Source: Octopus vulgaris
Taxonomy: Eukaryota
Assembly: GCA_951406725.2 (NCBI GenBank)
Contig: OX597819.1
Location: forward strand, 27,342,001-27,406,000
DNA: 64,000 nucleotides
Direction: 5' to 3'
In this document: positions 29,405 to 44,059 of the stretch, piece after piece
How the letters are laid out: the number at the start of each line of letters is the position of its first letter
Position numbering within the stretch: position 1 is the stretch's first letter
Translations under genes and position numbers: made by a program
Notes under the pieces: generated by a model
What the model saw: the letters and a program-made list of their open reading frames with translations, nothing else
Told to the model about the DNA's origin: nothing
Database searches by the model: none

Positions 29405-29854
29405 ATAATATTACAAATTTGGAATTTTACCAATAGAACCGCAACTCCTATTTCAAGACAACCTTATTGTATGGAATACACATAGAAAGTTGTATCCAAT
29501 AACATAATATAAGCATTTTAAAAAACCTACTATAAAATACAAAAAAAAATATTTGAAAAACTCTATAAACTTACCTGTTATTAGTCTGTGGAAAAAGAAG
29601 ATAATTTTAATCAATGCTACACGTGTTTCTGCGCTGCTGGGGAGTTTATAAAGGCTATATCTAATATATAAATCTTCTTTCCCACAGACAAATAACAGGT
29701 AAGTTATATAGATTTTTTTCAAATAATTCTATTGTATTTTATAGTAAGTTTTTTAAATGCTTATATTATATTATTGGATATAACTTGTTTCCTTATAATA
29801 AGGTTATCCTGAAATAGGAGTTGCGGTTCTATTGGTAAAATCCCAAATTTGTAA

Positions 29855-29863
<9 letters not shown>
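29405..29863. mobile_element. Foldback element, arms of about 200 bp (Penelope-like)
   Basis: Arms 29405-29603 and 29670-29863. Spacer minus strand has GAAACACGTGTA (hammerhead 3' half with palindromic stem III). Confidence 0.65.
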
Positions 29864-29886
<23 letters not shown>

Positions 29887-29912
29887 CATGCATACATACA
29901 TACATACATACA

Positions 29913-29962
<50 letters not shown>

Positions 29963-29967
<5 letters not shown>

Positions 29968-30363
29968 CAATACAACTTAATAATAAGAAAATTTATAATA
30001 GATATGATAAATATGTTTATAAAAAAATTGTTTATAATTGTTATCAACATAGACATGATAAATTTCTCTACAATTATAAACATTTTTTTGTTCGATATTA
30101 AAAGTAACTTTTCTATACCGCTCCATAGATGATTATATAGGTTTAGCAGTTGATAACGTAAGTAAATTACAACCTACACCTTCTTCAAATATATTTCTAC
30201 ACTGACTAGATAATAAGTTCCGAAATATTACACTTATTTTTTCTATAAATATTAGACCCATTATTTGCAACAAACACTTTAATTATAAAATTTTTGTCGC
30301 CTGAAATTATATTTGATTACTAATAAACATCTTTTTCTAATTACTTATTAAGTTGTATTGATA
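29963..30363. repeat. Degenerate foldback element next to (TA)n
   Basis: TATCAATACAACTTAATAA pairs with TTATTAAGTTGTATTGATA; weaker inner arms. Confidence 0.5.
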
Positions 30364-30471
30364 ATTGACGGTTAAATATAAATCTTAGTTTCTTGTATTT
30401 GAATATTCTTTACTTCCTTATGTGGTTGTCCTTTCCTAAGAATTCAGCATGGGAAGCATCTTAGTCTTATC

Positions 30472-30707
30472 CTTAATGGTGCGAATCTGAGTAATACCAT
30501 CTGGTTGATACCTGATGAAGAATTAGGGACCTTCTGCGTCTGTCTTCCATCCGTTTGTGCACTCAATATATGTTATACGTTTTTTACTTGTATTTACAAT
30601 TACATTTTCTCATTCATATAGGATGGACCTCGAGACGCAGCAGCCTTTTGTCCCCATTAATCTTGATGTGTCGTTGTATTTTGCATCAAATTGCTACCAC
30701 CGTAAGT
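30472..30707 (+). ncRNA. Long hairpin with hammerhead 5' core, 3' core decayed
   Basis: GATAC-CTGATGA then nested pairings GGGAC/GTCCC, CTGCGTCT/AGACGCAG, CCATCC/GGATGG. The GAAA position reads GATG. Confidence 0.35.
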
Positions 30708-31053
30708 CAATGTACGAACTTACTGAAATTACAAACGAATGCAAGACATTTTCTTGTGGCGGTAAAGGTAACAGGCATATATACGACAATGGAATGCAGC
30801 TGCTTCCGGAGTTTCATCACTTCTGAGGGAACAGAGAAAGTGACTCTCCGGTCTCCTACAGGGTTGCATTATACTCTAAAGTGTGGGCAAGCGAAAACTT
30901 GGTCGCGCTGTGCTGGAGTATGTCACCTGTTTCGTGACAGCTTCAGACGGACGGCACAACATTTTAAACTGGAAATGAGAAGGAAGCAGAAAGCGTGGTC
31001 ATACGTGAGAGCGAACTGGCGAACTGAAAGCTATCATGTACGTATGTATGCAC

Positions 31054-31214
<161 letters not shown>

Positions 31215-31300
31215 CGCAGAAATATTCTTGTATAGGTCGACTCTTTCAAGTATTCATATTCTCTTATAAACTAATTACTACTAACTAAATCTCTTAAACA

Positions 31301-31358
31301 CTTCTGACTGACGAAGAAATCGAAATTCTCGAAACAGTGCTGTCTCTAAATATGAAGG
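31301..31358 (+). ncRNA. Type-I hammerhead-like motif
   Basis: CTTCTGA-CTGACGA-AGAAATCGAAATTCTC-GAAA-CAGTGCTG-TC-TC...GAAG: canonical core, stem III CAG/CTG, interrupted stem I. Confidence 0.55.
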
Positions 31359-31867
31359 AATTTAGCAGATGACTGAAAGTTAAAATTTTATTTCGTGTAT
31401 ATAGATACATAAGAAGAAACACATCGCTTGATTAATATTCTACGACGAAGAAAAGTATAGATTGACATTTTCCGATGATTATTCCTTTTCTAGCAAAACA
31501 TTATAGTACAGACAATGAAATATGAGTTTTCATTGTGTAGAAAATTCCTACCAAATTAGAAATGAAGTCCGTCATTATTGAATGACAATGGTCAGGCGTG
31601 GAGATTTCATTAAAGACGGAAGTTACTAGGTTTTCCTCACTGGCAGACACGTGGCTGAGATATAAGCTCGCAGACTAGCTCACGGGCGCTCGCACATCTA
31701 CATTCACCGTCCCACAAATATAGGTGTTGTATGCATGTGTGTATACATACATACATACATACGTACATACATACATACATACATACAAGCACACATGTAT
31801 ATGCAGACATAGATGCATGCATACCTATTTACATATATGTATGTATATGTATGTGTGTGTATGTATG

Positions 31868-31940
<73 letters not shown>

Positions 31941-31946
31941 GTATAT

Positions 31947-31979
<33 letters not shown>

Positions 31980-32001
31980 CAGAGAAAGAGAGAGAGATAG
32001 T

Positions 32002-32033
<32 letters not shown>

Positions 32034-32522
32034 TAGATAGATAGATAGATAGATATAGATACAGATAGATAGAAATACATATATATATGTATATATATAT
32101 ATATGTATGTATATATGTATGTATATATGTATGTATATGTGTGTGTATGCGTGTGTGCATGCATACATACATAGCTATATGAACATATATACATGTGAGA
32201 GTGTATATATATATATATACACAAGCATATATACATGTATACACACACACATATATATATAAATCAATGCGAGTGTGTGTATGCGTGTATGTAGGTATAT
32301 GTCTGTATGCACGTGTGTATTTAAGTGGGACAATGCATAAAATATCTATACATTGTATGTGTGCTTGAGCGTAGGTGTATAATATACATACAGGAGGATA
32401 ATAAATGGAGCGTAGGTGTATAATTTGTATAAATATTTAATATATATGCAAATATATATAATTGATAATTTTATGAATCTATTTTCGTTGTTAATGCATC
32501 TCTGTAAGTATCTGCAGGTTCA

Positions 32523-32785
<263 letters not shown>

Positions 32786-32971
32786 AGAGAGAGTAGATAA
32801 AGCTTCTTTTTTAAGTTTTCACTTTTTTGTTTGATTGTTTGTTTGTTTGTTTTTGTTTTTGTTTTTTTAGAATGTATGTTTATAATTGAATGTATAATTG
32901 GGTGATTGATCGCCAGGCAGATACCCAGGAAGAGAAGCTAATAGAGAAGTAAATAGGTCGATATATATATA

Positions 32972-33090
<119 letters not shown>

Positions 33091-33217
33091 CGAGAGAGAG
33101 AAAGAGAGAGCTGGGAGGGTACTGGATGAGTGAATGGAAAGACAGACGGACAGACGGACAGAGAGAGAAAGACAGGCAGACACACAGACAGACAGGCAGG
33201 CAGGCAGGCAGGCAGGC

Positions 33218-33344
<127 letters not shown>

Positions 33345-33590
33345 TGGCCTGATGAATGAGTGGATGGCTGGCTGGATGGATGGGTGGGCGGATAGACAAA
33401 CAGTCAGACAGACAGCCTGACAGACAGACAAGCAGATATTCAGATAATGAAAATTAAACGGACAAGCATGCAAATATATACATGGTATGTGAACCTACAT
33501 ACGTAGTGTGTGTGCATGTACATGTACACATATGAGTGTCTGTGTGTAAATGTACATACATTCATGCATACGCACACACATACAAACACG

Positions 33591-33646
<56 letters not shown>

Positions 33647-33759
33647 GCAAGCACACAAGCACACGCACACGTGTGTGGAAATACAAATCAAAGTATTACA
33701 TATATGAATACAAGTATGCCTGTAATATGTGTATGCGTGTTGGTGTGCGTGAGTGTGTC

Positions 33760-33850
<91 letters not shown>

Positions 33851-33959
33851 CAGAGGCCGTTCCAATCCACAATCCATTTCATTGTCATCGTCTAACTGAC
33901 AGTGACAGACATTGGCTTGTAAATCTCTCTTGGGATATATATATATATATATATATATA

Positions 33960-34078
33960 GACGATGATGATGACGAAGACAACGATGATGTTGATCATGA
34001 GGAGGAGAAGTAGAAGGAGGACGACAATCACAACAAGAAGGATGATAATGATGATGATGATGATGGTGATGATGATGG

Positions 34079-34112
<34 letters not shown>

Positions 34113-34268
34113 AATGATGATGATGATGAGATGATGATGATTAAGGGTAGGAGGAGGATATCGATGATGGTGATGATGACGACGCCGACAAGGAGAATGA
34201 TGACGATGAGAAGGACGGGGAGGAGGAGGAGGCGATGAAAGAGGTTGCAGACGACGACAAGAATGATA

Positions 34269-34305
<37 letters not shown>

Positions 34306-34900
34306 CGATGATGATGATGATGATAATGTGGTGGTGTAGGTGGTGGTGGTGGTCGTCGTCGTCGTAGTGAAGGAGAAGGAAGAAGAGAAATAGGAGGGGG
34401 GGGCTTCTCTTGAAGATGTCAATGACCATGTGCTGACAATCATGGTGATAAGGCTGGCAATGACAATGGTCATCATCAGGATCATGATTGTTCTTATTAT
34501 GTGGTTGTCATGGTGGTGGTGATAATGATGTGGAAGGGGAGGAGAAGGAGGAGGAGGAGAAGGAGAAGGAAGTAGAAATGGAGGGGTTACCCTGAAGTGG
34601 ATGCTGATGATGTTGAAATCTTGATGACTAGACTAGCCTTGATGATAAAGATGATGATGACACTGATGATGATGATGATGACGATGATGACAGCGATGAT
34701 GATGGTGATAATGATGATAATGAAGTGGAAAATGATGATGATGGTGACGACGACGACGAAGAAGAAGAAGAAGAAGAAGAAGAAGAAGAAGAAGAAGAAG
34801 AAGAAGAAGAAGAAGAAGACAATGATCATGATCATCATAAGGATGGTGATGATGATGATGATGATGACAACGACGTTAAGGATGACCGTGGTGATGACAA
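33960..34900. repeat. (GAT)n/(GAA)n/(GGA)n low-complexity trinucleotide region
   Basis: Read directly; stops interrupt the acidic frame. Confidence 0.85.
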
Positions 34901-35079
34901 TGTTGTTACAACAGAGAAATCGTGTTGGTGCCGGTGATGGTGCTGACGGGTTAGCTTGGTGGTTTCATTTATGGAGGAGTTGTGTGGACGACGGGAGGTG
35001 AAAAAGTAAGGAAGGGGCTTGCCAGCTTCGAGAAGACGGGAAAATGATCATGTTTAGAAGGGGTTGTGGAAGCTGCAGC

Positions 35080-35186
<107 letters not shown>

Positions 35187-35595
35187 CAGCAGCAGCAGCA
35201 GCATGAGATGGACAGCCTTCAGATGTCTCGAATCAGTGTTACGGTGACGGGCGGTGGCGGTGGTGGTGGTGGTGGTAGTGGTGTGTTGGGGTTTCTCCAG
35301 TGAAGTGGATTGGACAGAGAAAGAGAGAGAGCAAATGTCTTTTGAGACCAAAGGAAATCAATAACTGCCGTCACAATGCAGTGTATCACACTTTTTTTTA
35401 TTCTGTCACTTGTTTCAGTCATTTGACTGCGGCCATGCTGGAGCACCGCATTTTAGTCGAGCAAATCGACCCCAGGACTTATTGTTTTGTAAGCCTAGTA
35501 CTTATTCTATCGGTTCTCTTTTGCCGAACTGCTAAGTTACGGGGACGCGAACACACCTACATCGGTTGTCAACCGATGTTGGGAGGACGAACACG

Positions 35596-35688
<93 letters not shown>

Positions 35689-35691
<3 letters not shown>

Positions 35692-35910
35692 AAGGGTGAA
35701 ATATAATTAATTTAATAAAATCAATAAATTTCACCTAGTAGTATTTCGGTATGGAAAAGGACCATATTCGGTAAAAAATTTATATAATTATAATAATAAG
35801 GGTTTTTTGCAACAAGTTGCTTAAACCAAAATAGTAGTCCTTTGGCTGCTATTTCTAATATTTTCGGTATGTGGTTTAAGCAACTTGTTGCAAAAAAACA
35901 TTATTATATA
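35689..35910. mobile_element. Foldback element in (TA)n
   Basis: TTTTTGCAACAAGTTGCTTAAACCA pairs with TGGTTTAAGCAACTTGTTGCAAAAA. Leader similar to 35924-36020. Confidence 0.65.
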
Positions 35911-35923
35911 TATATATATATAT

Positions 35924-36368
35924 ATTTCAACAATTGAGGGTAAAATTAATTAATTAATCAATTCCACCAAGTATTCAGTATGCAAAGGGACCATTTAAGG
36001 CGAATTCAAATTATTACATTATATAAAAGGGCTTAGTAAAATAAATTACTTTGCCGCATACTGAACTCATTAGAAATAGCAGCTAAAAAAAACTTTTTTA
36101 AAAACTATTTCCAATACTTAAAGAAAATCTCTCTCATATAGTGTTTGCTCAATTCAACTCACGAAAGTATGGGGGTAGAGGCATTAAAAAATCCTTTGCA
36201 TTTGATTTTTTTAATGTCTCTACCCCCATACTTTCGTGAGTTGAATTGAGCAAACACTATATGAGAGAGATTTTCTTTAAGTATTGGAAATAGTTTTTTA
36301 AAAAAGTTTTTTTAGCTGCTATTTCTAATGAGTTCAGTATGCGGCAAAGTAATTTATTTTACTAAGCC

Positions 36369-36378
<10 letters not shown>
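35924..36378. mobile_element. Foldback element with near-perfect palindrome (arms about 174 bp)
   Basis: Arms 36020-36193 and 36204-36378, 10-nt loop CTTTGCATTT. Confidence 0.8.
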
Positions 36379-36415
<37 letters not shown>

Positions 36416-36750
36416 CGAGGTTCTTTTATTTTCTGTCTACCAAATCCACCCACATGGCTTTGCTCGGCCCGAGGCTATAGTAGAAGACATTTGCCCAAGG
36501 TGCCACGCAGTGGGACTGAAGCCGGGACCATGTGGTTGGTAAGCAAGCTTCGTACCACACAGCCACTCCTGCGCCTTGATATAATTGTTGTTAATTTTTC
36601 CTCCATATTGTTGTTGCTTAGTTCTTTTTTCTTTCTTTTTTTTATTCTTGTATCTATGTGTATGTATGCATAGGGGCGCTGCTGTATGCTTTAGAATTTT
36701 ACCAAGGCTACTGTTAGAAATCTCTTGCCAACTTATAAAGATTGATATAC

Positions 36751-36845
<95 letters not shown>

Positions 36846-36847
36846 AT

Positions 36848-37190
36848 TGTACTGTTATTAGTCGTAAGACACCTGCTGTTTTCGTCCTGTTTTTACCATT
36901 ATTGTTTTATTGTATTTCATTATTGTTTTTTATATTCGTAGGGCATCGTCCGTTTTTCTGTCCCTGTTTCGTATACATTCGATCCTTCTTCCAAGAAATC
37001 TAATGCTCGTAGCTTAGTTTTTCCTTGGGGCTGGCCGGATCGGAGCGATCTCAAGATTAATCAGCCGAAATTGCTAGGATGATCCGGTTCTTGACTGAAG
37101 ATTGAAGTCTTCGAATGTCCCGTCGGTGTTTTTCGTATCGTCTTCTAAGTGTTTTACGTTCTTGTCCCAGTTTGTATTTTTCTACATATA
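36848..37190. mobile_element. Possible Penelope-like LTR fragment between TA runs
   Basis: Context and composition similar to 19085-19230; contains CTGAAGA; no coding signal. Confidence 0.3.
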
Positions 37191-37206
37191 ATAATATATA
37201 TATATA

Positions 37207-37790
37207 CGAGGGGGTACCCAAAAGAAATTGGAATTTTGCAGTTTTATTTTATTCACCTAGTTTTACATGTTTACACTTTTATCGTCTTCAGAGTATTCTC
37301 CATTTGAAGCATTGCAACGGCCTAGTCTCGTTTTACAGTTCGAAGTAGTCCTGAAACCCTTGCGAAGTGATGCCTTTTAATACCTCAGCCTTTTTTTTTT
37401 TTTTTTTTCTTTACCATTTCCACATCTGCAAAACGTTTTCTTTTAAGGACTTTTTTTATTCGGGGAACAAAAACAAAAAAAGTTACAGGGAGCAAGATCG
37501 GGTGAATAGGGAGGGTACTAAACGGGGTCACACCATTTTGGGTTAAAAACTGGCTCACACTCAAGGCGGTGGGCGAAGGTGCATTGTCGTGATGAAACCA
37601 CCACTTACCACTTTGGCACTGGTCGGGGCGTTTTCGTCTCACCGTGTCTTGCAAACGCTTCATAACTACCAAGTAAAACGTATGGTTAACAGTTTGACCG
37701 AGAGAAACAAATACTGTGTGGACAATTCTGTTCGCATCGCTGAAACAAATCAGTATCGTCTTGACATTGGACTACACTTGACCCATGTGC
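37207..37790 (-). mobile_element. Mariner (DD34D-type) transposon 3' relic
   Basis: SNVKTILICFSDANRIVHTVFVSLGQTVN..KRLQDTVRRKRP..WWFHHDNAP and frameshifted PPYSPDLAPCNF. Terminal TA|CGAGGGGGTACCCAAAAG. Confidence 0.88.
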
Positions 37791-37933
37791 GCCAATTACT
37801 ATTGGTACAACGTCTACCCTCTTCAATGACCACAACCTTCGTGTTTCCCACTTCAAATCGTCGTTGTTGTTCAGATTTTCTTCTTTCTCTTAAATTCTGT
37901 CGTCACCGGTACATGCTATGTCGATTTATCATG

Positions 37934-37969
<36 letters not shown>

Positions 37970-38126
37970 CATTATCATCATCATCATCATCATCATTATA
38001 ATCATTATAGACGTCGCACAGTATACAACAATATCGTGAGGTTGATTGAAGATACTGTGTCTACCGGGGATTCGTACTGTTTGTCAAGTCACAATAAGAA
38101 CCTCAGGTAGACAGTACTCTACGCAA

Positions 38127-38312
38127 GGCGGCGAACTGGCAGAATTGTTAACACGCTCGTCGCTACGTGCTGAGTTCAAATTTCGCCTAGGTTGACTTTG
38201 TCTTTTATCCTTTCGGGGTCGATAAATTAAGTACCAGTCGCATACAGGGATCGATCTAATCGACTGGCCCCCTCCGCCAAAATTTCAGGCCTTGTGCCTA
38301 TAGGAGAAAGGA

Positions 38313-38345
<33 letters not shown>

Positions 38346-38560
38346 AGCGGTGAGCTGGCAGAATCGTTAGCACGCCAAGCAAAATGCTTAGAGGCATTTC
38401 GTCCGTCACTACGTTCTGAGTTCAAATTCCGCCGAGGTCGACTTTACGTTTCATTTTTTTCGGGTTCAATAAAATAAGTACCAGTTGAACAATGCGGTCG
38501 ATGTAATCAACTCATCCTCTCCTCAAAAATTTCTGCCCTTGTGACAAAATTTGGAACCAT
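38127..38560 (+). mobile_element. Two SINE B copies (type 2 tails) with (ATT)n
   Basis: Family B head and body at 38127-38312 and 38346-38560, each followed by ATT repeats. Confidence 0.82.
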
Positions 38561-38602
38561 TATTATTATTATCATTATTATTAATGAACCTTCATTAAGT
38601 TC

Positions 38603-39560
38603 ATGGAAATTTGTACTTATTTTTTAAAATATGAATTAGATGGTTTTGAGGCTCAAGTCCTTTCATACACGCCTCGAATATTTGATAGAATTAAAAGCGA
38701 GAGCAACAGGACATATTTCCCATTTGTTACAACGAAATTAAATGATTCACAGCTTGACACTGAATGCTTAAAAAAAATTTCGTGTATCAGAGTTACCCGA
38801 AAATCTGGAGTTGCCGCAAGACTAATTCAAGAATTTCCAGGAATTATAATTTGACATTGTTTGAATTATTGATTATATTAATGATATAAATGAGATCAAT
38901 GAAATGAGCGATATCATGATTATTTTCCAAGATTTATACCATTTATGTTATTTATGCTATTTTCCATTATTCTAATAATGTTAGAATAATGAACTACTTC
39001 ATGAAATAGTCAAAATCAACTGCAACATTTATTTCTTATTATTTTTATTCATTCGTTGGTTTCCGATGTTTTAATTTAATTTATATTTTCTATTCATTGA
39101 TTTATTTATTTTCTCTCAAATCTACTAAAACGGTTTGGCGGATTTTCCATTTCTTTGGGTTTTTTTTTCTTTCTTCAAAGTTAAGGAAATTTCTGTCGCA
39201 GAAGAAAAAAAGAAGCGTTTGTTGAAAAAACGTATTTATGATAGTCTTGCATTTATTTATCATCATGTTAAATGAACTTGTTTCATCATTAGATACACTT
39301 CAAGGAAGACAATTGAGCTTCGCAAAGGCAGACAAATTTATCAAGCGTACAACTGCTTGCTTTATACAATTATAACCCACTTTTTGTTTGCATGAAAATA
39401 AGATTAATGAACTGACACAAAGTGATGCTTCCAAATGAATGGAGTTTAAAGAAAGTTTAAGGTTTAAATGACAGCCACAAGAATAATTAATAGCGTGCAT
39501 AATTGATAAAATGAAGGCAAGATTATTAAATGAAGAACAGATTGTGTTAAAAGATCAAAA
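38603..39560 (+). pseudogene. hAT-superfamily transposase relic (KIAA1586/ZNF862-like)
   Basis: KSGVAARLIQEFPGIII*HCLN (CxxH region) and MLNELVSSLDTLQGRQLSFAKADKFIKRT..IIDKMKARLL, with many stops and frameshifts. Recognised from memory of the family. Confidence 0.55.
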
Positions 39561-40121
39561 CGATTCTTTCAGGACTGGTTATGTCACACCTAAGATTGTC
39601 GAATTAGTACCGGTTTTTTGATTCTCTTAATGAAACGTTGAAGAGTTCAAAGTTATTTAATAAATTACAGAAGAGTAGCTGCATTATTTAAGTGAATTAA
39701 ATATTTAATCATTTAAATTAAATCAAATTATTTTGTGAATGTATAAAATAGAAATCAATGGCAAAAACATATTTCTACAAGAAGAATAAGAAAAGCCAAA
39801 CAAATTATGAACACAACTTCAGAAAGATTTATCAACAACAATAACATGAAAGTAAGCTAATCTTGACTGGACATCGTTGCTTCCAAAGGTCCTAAGCTAC
39901 AGTGGAAAGCACTAAGAGACAAACTTTAATTGCTGAAGTTCCCGCATCTGACGTAAACCCTAGGAAATATCAATTCATCAATAAGTCAAATTCCCAGAGA
40001 ACATTCTAAATAACTTAGTCGAAAATATTTCACTTAGCCGATCAATCCTTTTATCTAGCAAAAAAATTTCGTCATTTTTTTTATCAGCTGGAGACAACGA
40101 GACATTTACATGACTCACTGT

Positions 40122-40678
<557 letters not shown>

Positions 40679-40862
40679 TGTCCATTACTAATTTTGAATT
40701 CATACTATTAAATATCCCAGCTGAATATTCTTACTACCCTCTTACCTTTTCCTCCAATTTTACATCTCTGAAATTAACATAACATACATTTTATTTTCAC
40801 AACCTGTATTCCGAAGAGCCTCAACAGTGAACAGGTTTAGGTCTGTCAATGTGGACTTTGAT

Positions 40863-40944
<82 letters not shown>

Positions 40945-41092
40945 TATACGTACATACATATCAATATATGTGTGTGAGTGTGTGTGTATAGTGCGTGTGT
41001 GTGCGTGTATACTTGCACACACAAACTATTCATATGCAAATGTGTGTATATGTATGTATGTATGTATGTATGCATGTATGTATGTATGTATG

Positions 41093-41141
<49 letters not shown>

Positions 41142-41181
41142 TACATTAGTAGACGTATATGTATTCATTTATAATGCATAC

Positions 41182-41241
<60 letters not shown>

Positions 41242-41347
41242 CAATATGTTTTTCTACATATGTATACATGTGTGATCTTTTAGTTTTATTCTCATCAATA
41301 GAGAAAGAGTTATTCTCCATCTAGAAACAAGGTTCTTCAGTTGTCTG

Positions 41348-41394
<47 letters not shown>

Positions 41395-41945
41395 CACATA
41401 CACACACAAATATATATATATATATATATAGATATATAGATAGATATAGATATATTCTTACATACATGAATGCATACATACATATGTACATACATGCATG
41501 CATACATGCATACATACATACATACATACATACATACATACATACATACATACATACATACATACATACATACATACATACATACATACATACATACATA
41601 CATACATAAATATGCTCAATTAATATTCGTGTGCACAAGTATCCGGCTGCATTTTTGACTATGTATATTTTCATTTATTTGTATGTACACATAACTGTTT
41701 TCTTGTGTGGACGTGCATACATGAAAAGGCATAAACACACTAACTTTCTGGAATGTTTTGCATATTTTATAATTCCGTTAATGGTTTGTAATTCTGATTT
41801 TCTAATACGTCGTGTTCTTTCTGTTTTTGTGAAACACGGATTTTGGAGATTGATGCAGCGGCAATTACTTATATAACTAAGTATTTTAACGTCCCTGCCA
41901 TTAAATACAAGAATAAATCTAAAACTGTAATCCAGATATAACATC

Positions 41946-42368
41946 TCTTTTACTCTTTTACTCTTTTACTTGTTTCAGTCATTTGACTGCAGCCATGCTG
42001 GAGCACCGCCTTTAGTCGAGCAAATCGACCCCGGGACTTACTCTTTGTAAGCCCAGTACTTATTCTATCGGTCTCTTTTGCCGAACCGCTATGTTACGGG
42101 GACGTAAACACACCAGCATCGGTTGTCAAGCAATGCTAGGGGGACAAACACAGACACACAAACACACACACACATACATATATATACATATATATACATA
42201 AATACGACAGGCTTCTTTCAGTTTCCGTCAACCAAATCCACTCACAAGGCATTGGTCGGCCATGGGCTATAGCAGAAGACACTTGCCCAAGATGCCACGC
42301 AGTGGGACTGAACCCGGAACCATGTGGTTGGTTAGGAAGCTACTTACCACACAGCCACTCCTGCACCT
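41946..42368 (-). mobile_element. SINE family A
   Basis: Reverse complement of family A. Confidence 0.9.
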
Positions 42369-42562
42369 AAAAATCTGCAGATTTTTCATTATTGTGGCAT
42401 ACATTTTGTCGTATCTTGGGAAGGTCACTATGCCAATAACAGATTCATATATTAAGAACCAGTCAAGTACTGGGATCGATGTGATCAATTGTCGACCTCT
42501 CGACAATAATCCAGGCCTTGTGTCTATAGTATAAAGGATTATTATTGTTGTTGTTGTTGTTG

Positions 42563-42687
<125 letters not shown>

Positions 42688-43205
42688 GAGTGTGAGAGCA
42701 ATCTGACACTGGGGTAAAATATACGAAGCCTGGTATACCCATCATGACTATACATCTGATAAGGGTACACTAGGCACATGCATCACAACCATATGTACGC
42801 GATATGGTGATCTTATATCAAGATAAACAGCACATGACCTTGCAGGTGGGGCCCAGTTAGAATTTTCTTCTGATCGAGTAGCCCATCCCACTCAAAAGGT
42901 CCGTGAATAAGGGTTGTTCAAGGATGTTGAACGAAACACCCATGTTTCCAGAGGTGAATTATTCAAACCCCAAACAATCCCTCTCAACACATGGTTATGA
43001 TGCTCCCGAATACTGCTCATATCGTCAGCCACTAAGGGACATGCTCAACTGGTTAAGGTCAAACAACTGACAAGCAAATCAGTATTGAGCAGAATATTTG
43101 CTGTAGCCCATCTTTTATAACAAGACAAATCAATGTACGTGATAACACTTCCAATCAGTTAAGATCAGAAGCCACGAGAGCCACTGCCTGGTGCTGCATC
43201 AGGGC
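42688..43205 (-). mobile_element. Non-coding element family F, embedded in (AAT)n
   Basis: Highly similar to 50994-51531. No ORF, TIR or Pol III boxes seen. Strand inferred from the shared fixed end ..TCTCACACTC(AAT)n. Confidence 0.8.
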
Positions 43206-43243
43206 ATACTGGTTCTTATTGTTATTATAATTATAATTATAAC

Positions 43244-43337
<94 letters not shown>

Positions 43338-43344
43338 TCGATAT

Positions 43345-43490
43345 ATTCTGAGTTCAAATTCTGCTGAGGTCTACTTTGCCTTTCATCCTTTCGGGGTCGA
43401 TAAATTATGTACCAGTGAAATACTGGAGTCGATGTGACTGGTCCCCTCCACCCAAATTTGAGGCCTTGTGCCTAGAGTAGACAAGAATAT
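43345..43490 (+). mobile_element. SINE B (type 2 tail), 5'-truncated
   Basis: GAGTTCAAATT..CCTTTCGGGGTCGATAAA..GGCCTTGTGCCTAGAGTAG. Confidence 0.8.
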
Positions 43491-43508
43491 TAATATAATT
43501 AATATTTA

Positions 43509-43544
<36 letters not shown>

Positions 43545-43583
43545 GGGGGGTTGTGAGGGTAGTAACAGCAGCAGCAGCAGCAT

Positions 43584-43647
<64 letters not shown>

Positions 43648-44059
43648 CGTCATTTTATCAAGTCATCATTTTATCAAATGCAACAACGTCCAACCTCCGA
43701 GCATCGATTACAGAATAACACAGGATTGTAAGATCCCACCAAGATCTTATACTCGTTATTCTTAGTGACACCTTCTGGTTTATGCTCTTACTATTTAAAA
43801 CTCCTTTTACGGCCGTACGACTCACACCAATCTCCAATGAACATACTTAGCTACGTTATCATGCCTACAGTCAACTAGTTAACCATTTAACCAATTAACT
43901 AATCAACTGCTTGGTTGATTAATCGTTCGGTTTATCAATCAATTAGCATAGTTCGTTAGAGTCCTTTCATCCCCATTTGCGACTTCATCAACGACGTGCC
44001 CGCTCTGTTCAAGGACTGTCTGTTTCCTACTTTACAGATTCTATATTTAATATTTATAG

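Larger units (their letters stand above)
35393..36576 (-). mobile_element. SINE A split by insertions in its central (TA)n
   Basis: 3' half at 35393-35690 and 5' half at 36410-36576, same strand and correct order. Confidence 0.8.

Noticed and set aside
37090-37125. CTGAAGA..CGAATGTC hammerhead-like string
   Set aside because: Stems I and II cannot form; core incomplete.
39860-40110. Possible RLE endonuclease remnant before (AAT)n (DIV..LIAEVPASDVN)
   Set aside because: Too short and degenerate to support.
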